Positions 1 through 11,298 of a DNA stretch of 64,000 bases are shown here, piece by piece. The DNA is from Marsupella aquatica. Its lineage: Eukaryota > Plantae > Marchantiophyta. The position numbers and the translations under genes are program-made. The stretch lies in NCBI GenBank assembly GCA_973895155.1, contig OZ316894.1, positions 4,054,944 through 4,118,943 of the forward strand, in the 5' to 3' direction. The notes under the pieces are model-generated. The model did no database searches. It was given only the letters and a program-made list of their open reading frames with translations, and had not been told where the DNA came from. Every line of letters begins with the position of its first letter. The stretch's first letter is position 1.

Positions 1-3000
1 CCGACTACAAACCACAACTGGATTCAGTCGTCCAGGATGTATAACATTAAGAGATGCTATTGGATCACAAATGATGTAAATAGAATTTTTTTCCGGTGGT
101 TTCATGAGCCAATTGGCAGAAATGATCTCATTCCAAATTATTCCAATCATTTGCTACTTCAATGTGTTGCTCAACTATTAACTCAAAACTTACGGACCCT
201 ACATTATTACTGGAAGTTCATGTCATTCCTATGAGGCTGCTCGAAGTTTTCAATGGAAGAACACTCAATAACCTTGGAGCTGATGAAACCTGAAGAAACC
301 TTCCGTCCTCTGCTCGCACCCCCGTCTGAAGCTCGTGAGTCAACTCCACTTCTTCATCAGGCCTCCCCAACTTGACCCAAACTTTCGGTGCAGTCGGGGT
401 CGTCATAGGGGCCAGATCGGTGGTCTCCATCCAGTCACCGTTGGAATTGAAGCACGAACGTTACTTACCACCTTGACCGTCTTGTGTACATCTCCTTCGG
501 ATCTTCTCCCTTACGCCGTGCCATCCGTCATCATCACTCTGTTCCACCAGATTTCTCGGGCAGACCCAATTTCGAGAAAGTTTGCCGTTCTGAAAACGGA
601 ACAAACAGCTCAGGGTTGTGCGTGACCGTTTGCATGGACAACTTGTGCAGAGCTAAATTCTGCTGAGTGGGCCGAAAGCTGATCGAGTCAAAGGCATTGT
701 AGTCCTTGTCCGTGCCTCCAATCTGGCTTTATGTCGGGGAAATATTTTCATTGAATTCATTGGGCATAGAATATTTTCATTGACTTCATTGGGCATAGCG
801 CAGCTGCAGTGCAGGCAAGTCCTTCAATCTTCTACTGGGGAAGCTATCCAATAGGGCTACTACGTAGCCATTTCCTGGAGGTTTGCCATTTCCTGGAAGG
901 TTCCCCTGACTGAAATGTTAGGGGCCGCATTGCGCACGAAAAATCTGCAATTCCCGCGAACCATGGTCGTCAGTAACTCGTGAGGTCGGGGCACCAACGT
1001 CCTGGCAAAGAATCGTTGTGCAAGAAATGCATCTTTCACGAATGGTCAGCGCTCTTTTAAATATCAATGGTGGGCACTGTTCTGCGCGGGCGTGGTGTGG
1101 CCCATCTCAAAGTAAAACCCGGGCGAGGCAAATTTGACTGATGGGCACATTTTCTCCAGCACCAGTCCTAAAATTCTTTGGAATTTGCAAATTTGAGACA
1201 CCCTTTCCTCCGCCTGCAATGCGTGTTGGCCAATATCTGATTTGCGTGACTTTGGAGTCCAATATTGTAGAACCAGGCTACATTAATAGGGAAGCAAAAT
1301 TGCTGGGTGAAGTTCATGAGGTACTCCTTCGTCGCCTCCAGCTAATCACAAAAGCCAGTTGCAGCTGCCCCAATTATATCCCGAGATTTTTCAGATAATA
1401 CTCTAAGCCACTTCTTCATCTTTGACAAGTACGAGATTCACAATGCAATGACAGCGGGGGTGACGGCCCTTAAACGACCCATCATCCAACTTACAAATCG
1501 CAGAAGTCAAGCCCTTAAACGACCTATCATCCCACATACAAATCGCGTCTGCTTTTTACAGTCAAGCAAATGTGTGCCACTTGATGAAGACTATCCTAAT
1601 GAAATGGTGAATGTTCGAAAAGGACGGTCGGCTTTAAAGATATCTGAAGACCTCACAATAAAAATTCAGTAAAGATACACTCAATTCAATTGGAACCTGA
1701 GAAGTCTTCTCCAAAAGCACAATAGTTTTTGGGGAGATTCTAACCCAAAAAGTGGTCCAGAATCTCAAAAAGGGTGTTCTTGTTGGGCCAACCTGCGAAG
1801 TGACTAGAAGTATACTAAACGGAAATTGAAAAAGTCACAGTCACAAGGTCTCACTGAAAATCTCAAAAGAGTACCAGTGTCTACAATTGAGATTTCACCC
1901 TAGATTTCACAAAATCTTAAATATATCAGACCTCTGGATCGTTTTCATCCAATGAAAAGTGTCCTAAAGTGGGTCTTCCAATGCATCAAATGCACTTATT
2001 CATTCAAGGCCAAACGAAACAATTATTAGAGAAAGAACTTCCTTACTTAGGATTGATTCCTAAGCAGGCGTTGGGAATGAATACTGTGGAAATTGTCATA
2101 TTGAAACTTACAAGTTTTGCACAAGAAAATATATTGCTTAAAGGCCTCACTCAAGAATAGCGCAGTTGGATTCTTATAGAAACCAGGTTTATTAACTTGA
2201 CCTCATTTCATCTTTGTCGTGGTATGCTTGCCCTACTTGGTTGTGGAAGATTAAAGAAACCAATTAACATTTTCCTATTGTGCTTGGAGGAATGTCGTGG
2301 GGCAAATGTAATTCTCCTTGCATTTGAAACAAAAGTTGACATACTGGACAAAAGAATTATCTATAGGTGCTTGTGAAGCGTGGAAATATTTTTGTGATGC
2401 AAATTGAATTAAAAAGTTCTGGACATTTTGATGTAAACAGACACTTTGCAATGTGTGCATTATTTTCAAAATTAAAAAGTAACCAAACAATAAGGGAATA
2501 TGTATTTAGCTTCTCACAAGCATTTAACCACACATAAGTAAGGGTAAGACAAAGCGACAGATACATTATAGAATTTTCCAGTCTATTAAATTGAAATTTT
2601 ACACAACTTACAGATAATAACGCATTTTCAAATTCTAAAAAATAGAATTTGTAGATATTGTTTTCATGTTTTAGTTTGTAGACTAAGAATGGGGGGTTTA
2701 TTTTTCCTGGTTTACTTTTCGTGGGGCCATGAGCATACACAACGACCAGAAGGAAATGAGCGAAAAGCACAACAGCATAGGTACCCAACTAACACTAAAC
2801 ACACCAGACGGCAATGAGAGAAAAGCACAACTTCAGTATAAGTATTCAACTAACAGTCAACACATAACTACTTTCAAAACACGGGACAACATTCAACATA
2901 AGCTGGTCAGACGCTCATGATGTATCCCCTTGAATTGGAGCCTTCATTCCAGAAGTCACTAGGCAGCTTCCTTGTTTCGCACGCGCCATCCATCCACACC

Positions 3001-3605
3001 CAATTGTGAAGTGGCCTGATTGTTCGGTAAGCCGCTCACAATCGAGACAAAGCATTCATGCTGTGAAGGGAATGCACGACTTCTCTAAAAAATCCTCTGA
3101 AGTGGTCACAATTATTGGTCGAGTTCTTGGTTCCACCCCCACCAGGAGATTAAAGGTCTTTGGCGTGCAGATCGGAAGAAGATCCGATCTGCTAATTCAG
3201 AATTGCTCCAGTTCGTGCTACCTCACTCTGCATGTAGAAGTTTTGAGCGACATTTTACTTGGAATGAAGGATTCAAATAAATATATTAAATCAAGCGTAT
3301 GTTGCAGCTCACACAAGCTTATTTGACAAGCTTTCAGTCATATGAAGCTGAGCATTTCCATTCTGACAGATCGATGATGATTTCTCGGAAAGTTGTTCGT
3401 GGACCGGACGTTTACATACGGTATGCAAAACATTCAAACTAAATTACATGAGGGTAAGTTACGCGCTGCAAGAATTACCTGGAAGACCCTAAAAGTCGAC
3501 CCTCCAGGAACAACTCAGACCACTTCTTCCGTTGTACAGTAGATTCACAGTGGGGCTCAACCCAGCCAACGACCCAGACCCCTTCTTCTGGTCTAGACTG
3601 AATGT

Positions 3606-3896
3606 TTGACTAAACTGCAACAACAAAAAAGTGATCTGAAAGTGCATCAACCAAAGTCAAACAGAAGAATCTAGATGTGAGACAGCGAACGATCTAAATA
3701 AGCTGCTAGACTGAACTAAAGTCCACTAAATTCAAGCTGACACCCGGATCACTCAATCGGCTTTAGACTCTTTGGGTGAGCAAATTGTCTAAATAGATAG
3801 CTAGAGTCAATTAAAGTCAACTACAGCCACGCTCAGACCCGGATCACTGAATCGGCTTTAGATTGATAGCTGAACTCATTGCAATCACCTATATAA
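3606..3896 (+). promoter_or_regulatory. Promoter of dioxygenase copy A: W-box cluster and TATA box
   Basis: TTGACT/AGTCAA at 3606, 3655, 3805 and 3815; TATATAA at 3890-3896, about 140 nt before the ATG. TTGACY is the established WRKY site; function here is inferred. Confidence 0.6.
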
Positions 3897-4031
3897 GCGA
3901 GAGAGCTCCGAGCTAAAATACATTCAGAATGTCTTTCACTACTATTGACTCTCTCAAACTTGTCGCTGTCTCTATTCGCACAAGCGCGCAGTATCGTGAG
4001 CCTGGAAGAGAAGATTTCCAGCGAAGTAACT

Positions 4032-6545
4032 ATGGCGGACGTGATGAAACCGTTTGAGCTCAAGAAACCAGACAGTGCGAGACCTCATGCGGAACCTTTC
4101 AGGACCCCGGGCAAGACATCGTTCATCTGGCCTGAAGAAAACAGACCGGACATCGCGCATGACTATTACGATTTTGAGCTTCCCGTTATCGATTTGTCAC
4201 CAGTGGTCAAGTTGCAGAGCTTGCGGAGAGAGATTGAGCAGTTGGACGGAGACGCGAGTACTCGGAGCGGTTTGGAGGCAGAGATCAAGGCCTGCGAGGC
4301 AGCGAAGTCTGATGTCCAGAAGGGGATCCGAGAAGCTTTCGAGGAGCACGGATTCTTCCAGATAATCAATTGCGGCTTTTCCCTGGAAGCTGTTGAGCAA
4401 CTCAAGGAATCTATTGGAGAAATATTTGACCTTCCTCTTGAGGTAAGAACCACACTCTACTTGCGAGCTGTAATCTTACCGAAGCCAGAATTTTAGCAAA
4501 GAATTCTCCTGGCCTGCATGTCGACGCTTCTGTGTTATTGTAGTTTGAAATAAAATTTCGAAATACTGTTAATTACTGACTATCTAATTGTAACTACTCC
4601 TTCAGGGGACGTCAGGGCCCGTCTGGTTTTGCGGTAGATTTTCCTTTTAGCTGAGCTTGTGACTCAAACCATTAACACGGTTAGCACGATAGCCAGAGGA
4701 TCTGATAGCTTTTACTCTGCTTCTGATGAGAAGAGCTCGATCAACAGCATTTGTCTTCTGTCCCAAGAAACCTCTTTATTTCATAGCTTGCTCGTGCACT
4801 AACAACCGTGCGATATCTTCGAAGTTTTAATTGTTTCTATTCTTTCCAGTCGAACTTCCGATCGATGGCTCTCCAGATCTAGTAGGCAACTTTCTCCCAT
4901 CGTACACGGTCACGCGGTTAAATTTTACACCCTAGCATCATTGTTCTCCGACAATGTGACAAACCCAGACCCGCACGTCATCTAGATCTCGTGGTGACAA
5001 TAAAACAGTATCGACAAGATCATAGTATTCTGATCCGTTTTTATTGAATTGCAGGAGAAGATGAAAGTGCTAAACGAGATAACCCCTGGCGCGCCCACAT
5101 TCCCTGGCTACCTGCCCATGAAGCGTGACCCACCGTACAGCCGGAAGATCTTTTCTTACTTATGGAGCGAAGGATTTGACATCGAGTCACCGGAGACGAA
5201 TTATCCTGGCAGACTGGACGAGATCGTAAACACTCTCTGGCCGGGTGGCCCCGAAACTAACTTGAAGGGTCATTTATTAAGGTGAGCTCGTTTCTCCTCT
5301 AAGGTACTTCAGGTTGCCAAAATGCCGTCCTTCGGGGACTTTGCGAAAGTGTCAACTACTTAGAGGATTCGCCAAAGGTCTGCTCAAAGTTGCATGTTCT
5401 AGAGTTAGCACTGTAGTTCTACGGACAGCCTGATCACAAAAAACTGAGAAATTCATTAACATGTTCATCTAACTAGCAGCCATCGTTCACATTGGATCAT
5501 ATCTAGCGCCGAGGAGTACGGAAAGCAATCAAGCAGGGTGGTCTTTCTGCTAATGGACTTGATAGTCTCTAGCATTGGAATCCCGGAGCCGGAGAAAATT
5601 GTGAACGAGTGGTTGGGTGATCGGAATAACCGACAGGTCATTGGCAAGTTTCGAGTGAACAACTTCCCCATCTGCGACTTTCCCGAAATGACTTGGGGAC
5701 TTCCATGCCACACGGACCCCGATGTTTTCACCATTGTGTACCAGGATGCAGTGGGGGGCCTGCAGCTTCGTTTCAGAGATGGGACCTGGCATGGAGTGCG
5801 CCCTCGGGCTGGTGCTTTTATCGTCAACTGTGGCGACTTTCTGCAGGTGCTTCCTGCATTCTGAATCCTTGAATTGAAAATTTGAATTTCACGTTCCTTA
5901 TTTCTGAACTTTTGAATGATCGAAACCTGTACTGCTTTGGCATGTGGAGCTCTCGGTTGAGCTAATCTATTCTTGGAAGAAAGCCAAGATGCTCGATTTC
6001 CCTGTGGCCCAGAAGAGGGGCCGCCCCAAAACATATGTCACCTAGTTCGTTCTCACTGACCTCTGATGGAGTTCAAGTATCTTAGATGCTCCATTCAATT
6101 TCCTGTGCTAAGGAAAGTGTCGGTGGACAAGCTTTGGATTGAGGCATGTACTTGAGGGAAGGGAATGTCTCGTCCATCAATACGAAGAGTTTTAGCATGC
6201 GCTTTTCTGAATCAAATTTTGGCACCTCCCTCTCGTGAGCTTTGCTGGGCACATGCTTGACGAAGTGTCCGTCCTTCGTTTGTGCAGGCTTGGACAAATG
6301 GGAGATTTCTAAGCGCAGAGCACCGGGTGGTGGCCAATGAAAAGAGCAGGCGCATGTCAATTGCAGCCTTTGTGCCAGGCGAGATGAATTACGTTGTCCG
6401 TCCGAGACCAGAGTGTGTGGACGCCGAGCACCCTATTCGATACAAGCCATTTACATCGGTAGATTACAAGAGAGCATTTTTGTCTCTTGGTGTCAATAAG
6501 GAAAGAGGGGAGCTCCTGGAGAGAGCTTTTGGCATACCAGCTTGA
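4032..6545 (+). CDS. 2-oxoglutarate/Fe(II)-dependent dioxygenase (DOXC class, GA20-oxidase-like N-terminus), copy A, ~411 aa
   Basis: Exons 4032-4442, 5055-5281, 5507-5846, 6288-6545 with GT-AG introns and consistent phases. DIOX_N motifs FIWP, LPVIDLS, GFFQIIN; Fe ligands HTD and H in AEHRVV; 2OG-binding RMS. Confidence 0.93.
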
Positions 6546-9500
6546 TGTTAAAATGTCGAACATATTTGAGAATGGATTGGACATAACAAGGTGGCAAAAG
6601 TTGAAATTAAACAAAGATCCGAAAAGAGATCCAAATAAATGCACAATTTAGTCTTGTACACATTGGTGTATGACAGAATTATTAAGTTTCCCAGGCATCC
6701 AGTTTCTCTTTCAAAGTGAAGAAATATACTGCCCAGATGTTATCTATTGATGACCTACCGTAGTATTCCAAGTTCCTTACAAGATAGTAAAAAGTGAGAT
6801 CTAGAGTACTCTTTGCATTCTTAATGCCCTCGGTGTCCAAATTTGGATCAGGGATTTCTCCCCTACTTAAACATAGGAAAACAAAATAATGTCTTAGTCT
6901 TTAAGTGTATTATTGAGTGCCCTGTTTAAGAGGGCAATAATTAATATGGAAAATGATAACATTTCAAGACTCAAGCTATAGCATTCCGGATAGCATTGTT
7001 TCTATTATGGCACACAATGGGCTGTTACCAGGGAGTGCCTACATTAAAAAAAATTGGAATCTTACCGACCCTTCATGATTTTTTCTGTTTAATGTATGGA
7101 GAAAATTTTGAGTGCAACATTTAGTTATCTGGTTAGGGCTAATAAATAGTAGAAATAAAACTCTCTTGGACTTTTAGTGTATTATAGTCCTTTTAGTATA
7201 GTATGGCATTATGGCAATAACAGCCCCTCCAAACTTGAGCTAGACCCCTCATTTAGAATACTAGGTTCTTCCATTGTGAATTAGAATACTAGGTTCTTCC
7301 ATTGTGAACTATTGCAGGAATGACATGGACTTCAAAGTTCCTGCAGTGAGAGCAAGTGAGATAGCTCTAGAACAAACAGTGGTTCAAAGTTTTTCCAAGT
7401 AATAATATAGGGATAATTTCAAACAGTAATAGAGCAACAATTTGAAGTAGCAGCTATTGATTCACAAAAGTCGTGACATAGGGGTGTGGTTTTTAACAAG
7501 TGCCTCAATTCAAATATTATTTTGGAACGCTATTAAATGTGCTTGAGCTACATCATCGTTTAGAAGCCCGTTTAGAAGCGACCTCTTTAATCTAAACCTT
7601 GGTGCATACTGCTGACTCAGGGGGGGGGTCAGGGGGGGGGGTCATTTACACGGAAGTGACACATCAAGTGCAACAAAATATGAGCTCATTTAAATAGGTG
7701 TAGCAAAAGATTTCCAATTTTTTGTGGAATTACAAATAGGGCATGGTTTTATTGATTGGTTGAATTATTTTAAAGAACAAATAGACTTATTTAATTATAA
7801 AAACTATTTTTATAAGTTTTGAGAGGATTTTTATTTTAAAAAATGGCAAAATGTAAAGAAAAAAATGGTGCTGCAATAATAATTCACCTATTTGAATGGA
7901 TTACTCGAATGCTCTTCTTGACAGGGACAAGTCAGATCAAGCAACTGATGGAAACATTTCGGGTATGCAACTCTCCTTTCTATAAGGCAAGTTTATAAAT
8001 AATTCCTTATAATGGCTTTATATCCAATTGACCTAATGAAGTTTCATTTTAGTCTACTAAAATCTTATACAGGCTCTCAACTCAATGTATCCAAATATGT
8101 CACTTTAAAAACAATTGAACTTGTTTTGATATGGAAAATTTTGATCTAAACCAAATTATATGGTTTTTTATTAATACAGGAGTCTACAACCAAACTAGCC
8201 AGCTTTGGGGGCATTTTATTAAAATTAAAAATTAAAAATTACAAGAAGTGTAGGAATATCTTCTAATTTTATGTTAAAAAATAAGAAAACCAAACCTTTA
8301 ATATGACTTTAAACTTTTAAAAAGTGGGAAACCCAAGTTTTTTCAGATCATCAATGTTAATTTTTCTTGTAGCCAACATTTTAGTCCATATAAAAATGTA
8401 GACTCTTGTCTATTATACAAGAGTTACTTGGGGAGTTACCTACCCGGGGACAACTTACAACCTAGAAGAACTTTTGAACATATAATAAAATCTAGAAGTT
8501 CTCCTCAAGCTAGAAAGATTGGAGAAAATTTTCAAATTGAGAATATAATTTTGAATTTGAATAAACTAATTATGGATTACTCTAGACTGAGTTTTTTGCC
8601 CCTATCAAGTTAGAATATTATTGCAATATTCCAAAATTTTGATTAAAGTAACCCTAATGTTCTTATAAGACTCAGATTTTGATTTGAAAGACTCTAAAGT
8701 TCTTACACAGAAATTTCTGAGTCCTCCCTTATAACCAGTAAAATGACTACATTCTTTGTTGCAAGTGATGTGCCAATTTAGTGTTGCAAGTGATGTGCCA
8801 ATTTAGTGAAAGTGAAACCCCTAGAGTACACACAGAACCCTTGTTATAAGGGGATTGAACCTAGGGCTTACATGCAATTTGAAAAAGGAACATAAAAGAA
8901 CTCAATATTTTCCCACCCCTTTTGCAACACCTTAAAAATTATTTGTGGCTCAATTGTATTACTTACTATTTTAATCCTGGAAGATTAAAATGGTCCAGCT
9001 GGACTACTCGTTTTTGTAACGCAAGAAAGTAATAAAGCTCTAACCAAATCCGGTCAGCTAGCTGCGCATTTCTGTACAACTTACAAGAGACCTTTGAACT
9101 AGGTGAGGATGTGAACAGAGCTCATACACTTGGACATGACAAATTGTATCCTACAGCCGGGAACATCGCACCCACCCTTCTCAAATAGCTTAAATATCCA
9201 AAATGATAGCTAGCCATCTGGAGCATTTTATAGCCCACAGAATCACCAAATTTGTCCTAAACGCTGAACACCTTCAATGGTTATCCTCATGGTTACTCCA
9301 TTGAATTGTAACCACCATTGGCATCAACTTATACATAGAAGTTGGTGCATAATGAATGGTAGCATAAGACTCCCAGAAAATAGAATGAAATGTGAAATAT
9401 CTGGACTGGTTTACGAACAAAATGTCCCTCTTCTTTTACTTGACATCACAAAGTAATTCTGCCAATGCATAATTCACGATGGTGAATACATGATTCCACA

Positions 9501-10265
9501 AATTGAATGAATTTAATATTTTTTAGGTTACATTTTGCTATCGATCTATCTCAGTCTATAGATCTAGGCTGCAACAGAGTCAATGTTTTCCGAATAAGGA
9601 GAAATGGGATTAGCCCAGAATGTAACAAGGAAAACCGAGGGGAAAGTTACTCAATATAGTAATACTAAAAAATGGATGAATTACCAGTTTTATTAAAAGA
9701 TAAAGTAAGGTTGAATCAGTTTTGTTACTAAATAATACTATTTTACTAGAATGAAAAAGTAAGTATTGACCACTAAACCAGCCTAAGAGTGTGCTTTTTA
9801 CAATCGCAATTCTAATAGGGAGTCTCAAAATTTGTCCTTAACAAGATAAAGTCCTCCCATAACTCAAGTATCAAGTTATGGGAGCTGATCTTCAGCTACC
9901 GTAAGTAAAGTTTGCAGACTCAACACTTAACCTGTAATTTTCCTGCAACTTTAGGCAAAAATCCAGAAATCTGGAAATCCGGGACTCCAAAATGTTACAA
10001 CTAAAGACAGGTGGAATTTGCTCCTGATGTGGTGATTGCTGTTTCATTTGAGATGGCAATTGATCAAGAATTGAAGAAAAAATATTATAATTATGCTATG
10101 AGACAGGTCAACTAACTCATGCCTTATAAGACATGTCAATATCTAGGTTACCACCCCCATTTTCTAAATTCTATAAGTGGGTCCCATAACTCAAGTTTCA
10201 AGATATAACTCACGCCTTATGGGGCGGGTCAACATATGTTATCATCCCATATATCACCAATACAT

Positions 10266-10410
10266 AACCTTCACTAATGAGACAGCTCCTAACTTTCACT
10301 AATGAGAGAGCTCCTAATTGAGCCTAACTTTCAGTAATGACCAAGCTTTCAGTAATGACCGAGCTCCTAATTGAGCCTAACTTTCACTAATGACCCAGCT
10401 ACTAATTGAG
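10266..10410. repeat. Degenerate short tandem repeat (CTAACTTTCACTAATGA.../GCTCCTAATTGAG) within an ~840-bp segment absent from duplication unit 2
   Basis: Motifs visibly repeated. Unit 2 joins the equivalent flanks almost directly at ~15000-15013. Confidence 0.7.
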
Positions 10411-10881
10411 TCTTTCTTTCACAGACTTCTCGATATGGGCTTCGGGAACCTCACAAATGGAATCGTTCTCAACATGACTTTCAGCTTCGTGGAACAGAAC
10501 CTTTCAACCCGCAATGACCGCCACCAGCGCCTCATCCGCAAGAGGGCCCGGCTGGGGGCGCGGCCAGGAATGGAAGACGAGAAGACCCCAAGTTGTGTTG
10601 GTAACTGGTGTGGTACTCGTTTGTGTCACTTGTCACTTGATCCCAGTCTGGCCAATGCTTGGGATCATTACGGAAGGTTGGCAAAATCTTATGTTCTAAT
10701 ATATTACGAGATGAAGAACGGATCGACTACTTTCATCTCGCTTGCGAAAATGAATCTCCCTTACTTTCTTCCGCTCTAGATTGTCCCTTCGACGAAAGTC
10801 AGCCAACAACCAAGACCACTTCTTCCGGTCTACAGTGGATTGACAGCCGAGCCAACAAACCACACCACTTCGTTTTGTCTA

Positions 10882-11164
10882 TTGACTAACCAAAGTCATG
10901 ATCTAGGGACTCTGAGACTGCATAATGCAAAGTCAAACTACAGAATCTCAATGTGAGTTTGAATGGTGTAGACTCAACTAAAGTCAAGCTCAGATCTGGA
11001 TCACTCAATTGGATTTAGATTATCTGAGAGTGCAAATGGTCAAAACATAATTGCAAAGTCTAAATATTAGATGGCTAGGCTGAATTAAAGTCAAGCTCAC
11101 ACCAGATCACTCACTCGGCTTTAGATTTGATAGCTGTACTCGATCATTTCAAGCACCTATATAA
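10882..11164 (+). promoter_or_regulatory. Promoter of dioxygenase copy B: W-box cluster and TATA box
   Basis: TTGACY/RGTCAA at 10882, 10931, 10982, 11038 and 11089; TATATAA at 11158-11164. Confidence 0.6.
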
Positions 11165-11298
11165 GAAAGAGGGCTCAGAGCTAAAATAGCATTCTGAATG
11201 TCCTTCACCACTATTGAGACTCTCAAACTTGTTGGTGTCTCCATTCTCACAGGCGCGTAGTCTCCTGAGGCGGCAGAGAGTATTCCAGCGAAGTAACT

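Noticed and set aside
207-591. Two possible minus-strand exons (591-471 and ~289-207) with plausible splice sites
   Set aside because: No recognisable product or upstream exon; too weak to call.
3145-3175. RLKVFGVQI resembling an R/KLFGV repression motif
   Set aside because: Short match in an ORF with no other support.
5491-5506. Dioxygenase copy A as a pseudogene because CAG is CAT at the intron 2 acceptor
   Set aside because: An in-frame TAG acceptor 6 nt downstream is present in both copies.
7617-7644. Two long G runs as a G-quadruplex
   Set aside because: A short duplicated homopolymer in AT-rich repeat debris with no functional context.
741-8810. Small local tandem duplications (741-798, 1467-1545, 7253-7308, 8758-8807)
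   Set aside because: Ordinary slippage-type duplications of 25-45 bp.
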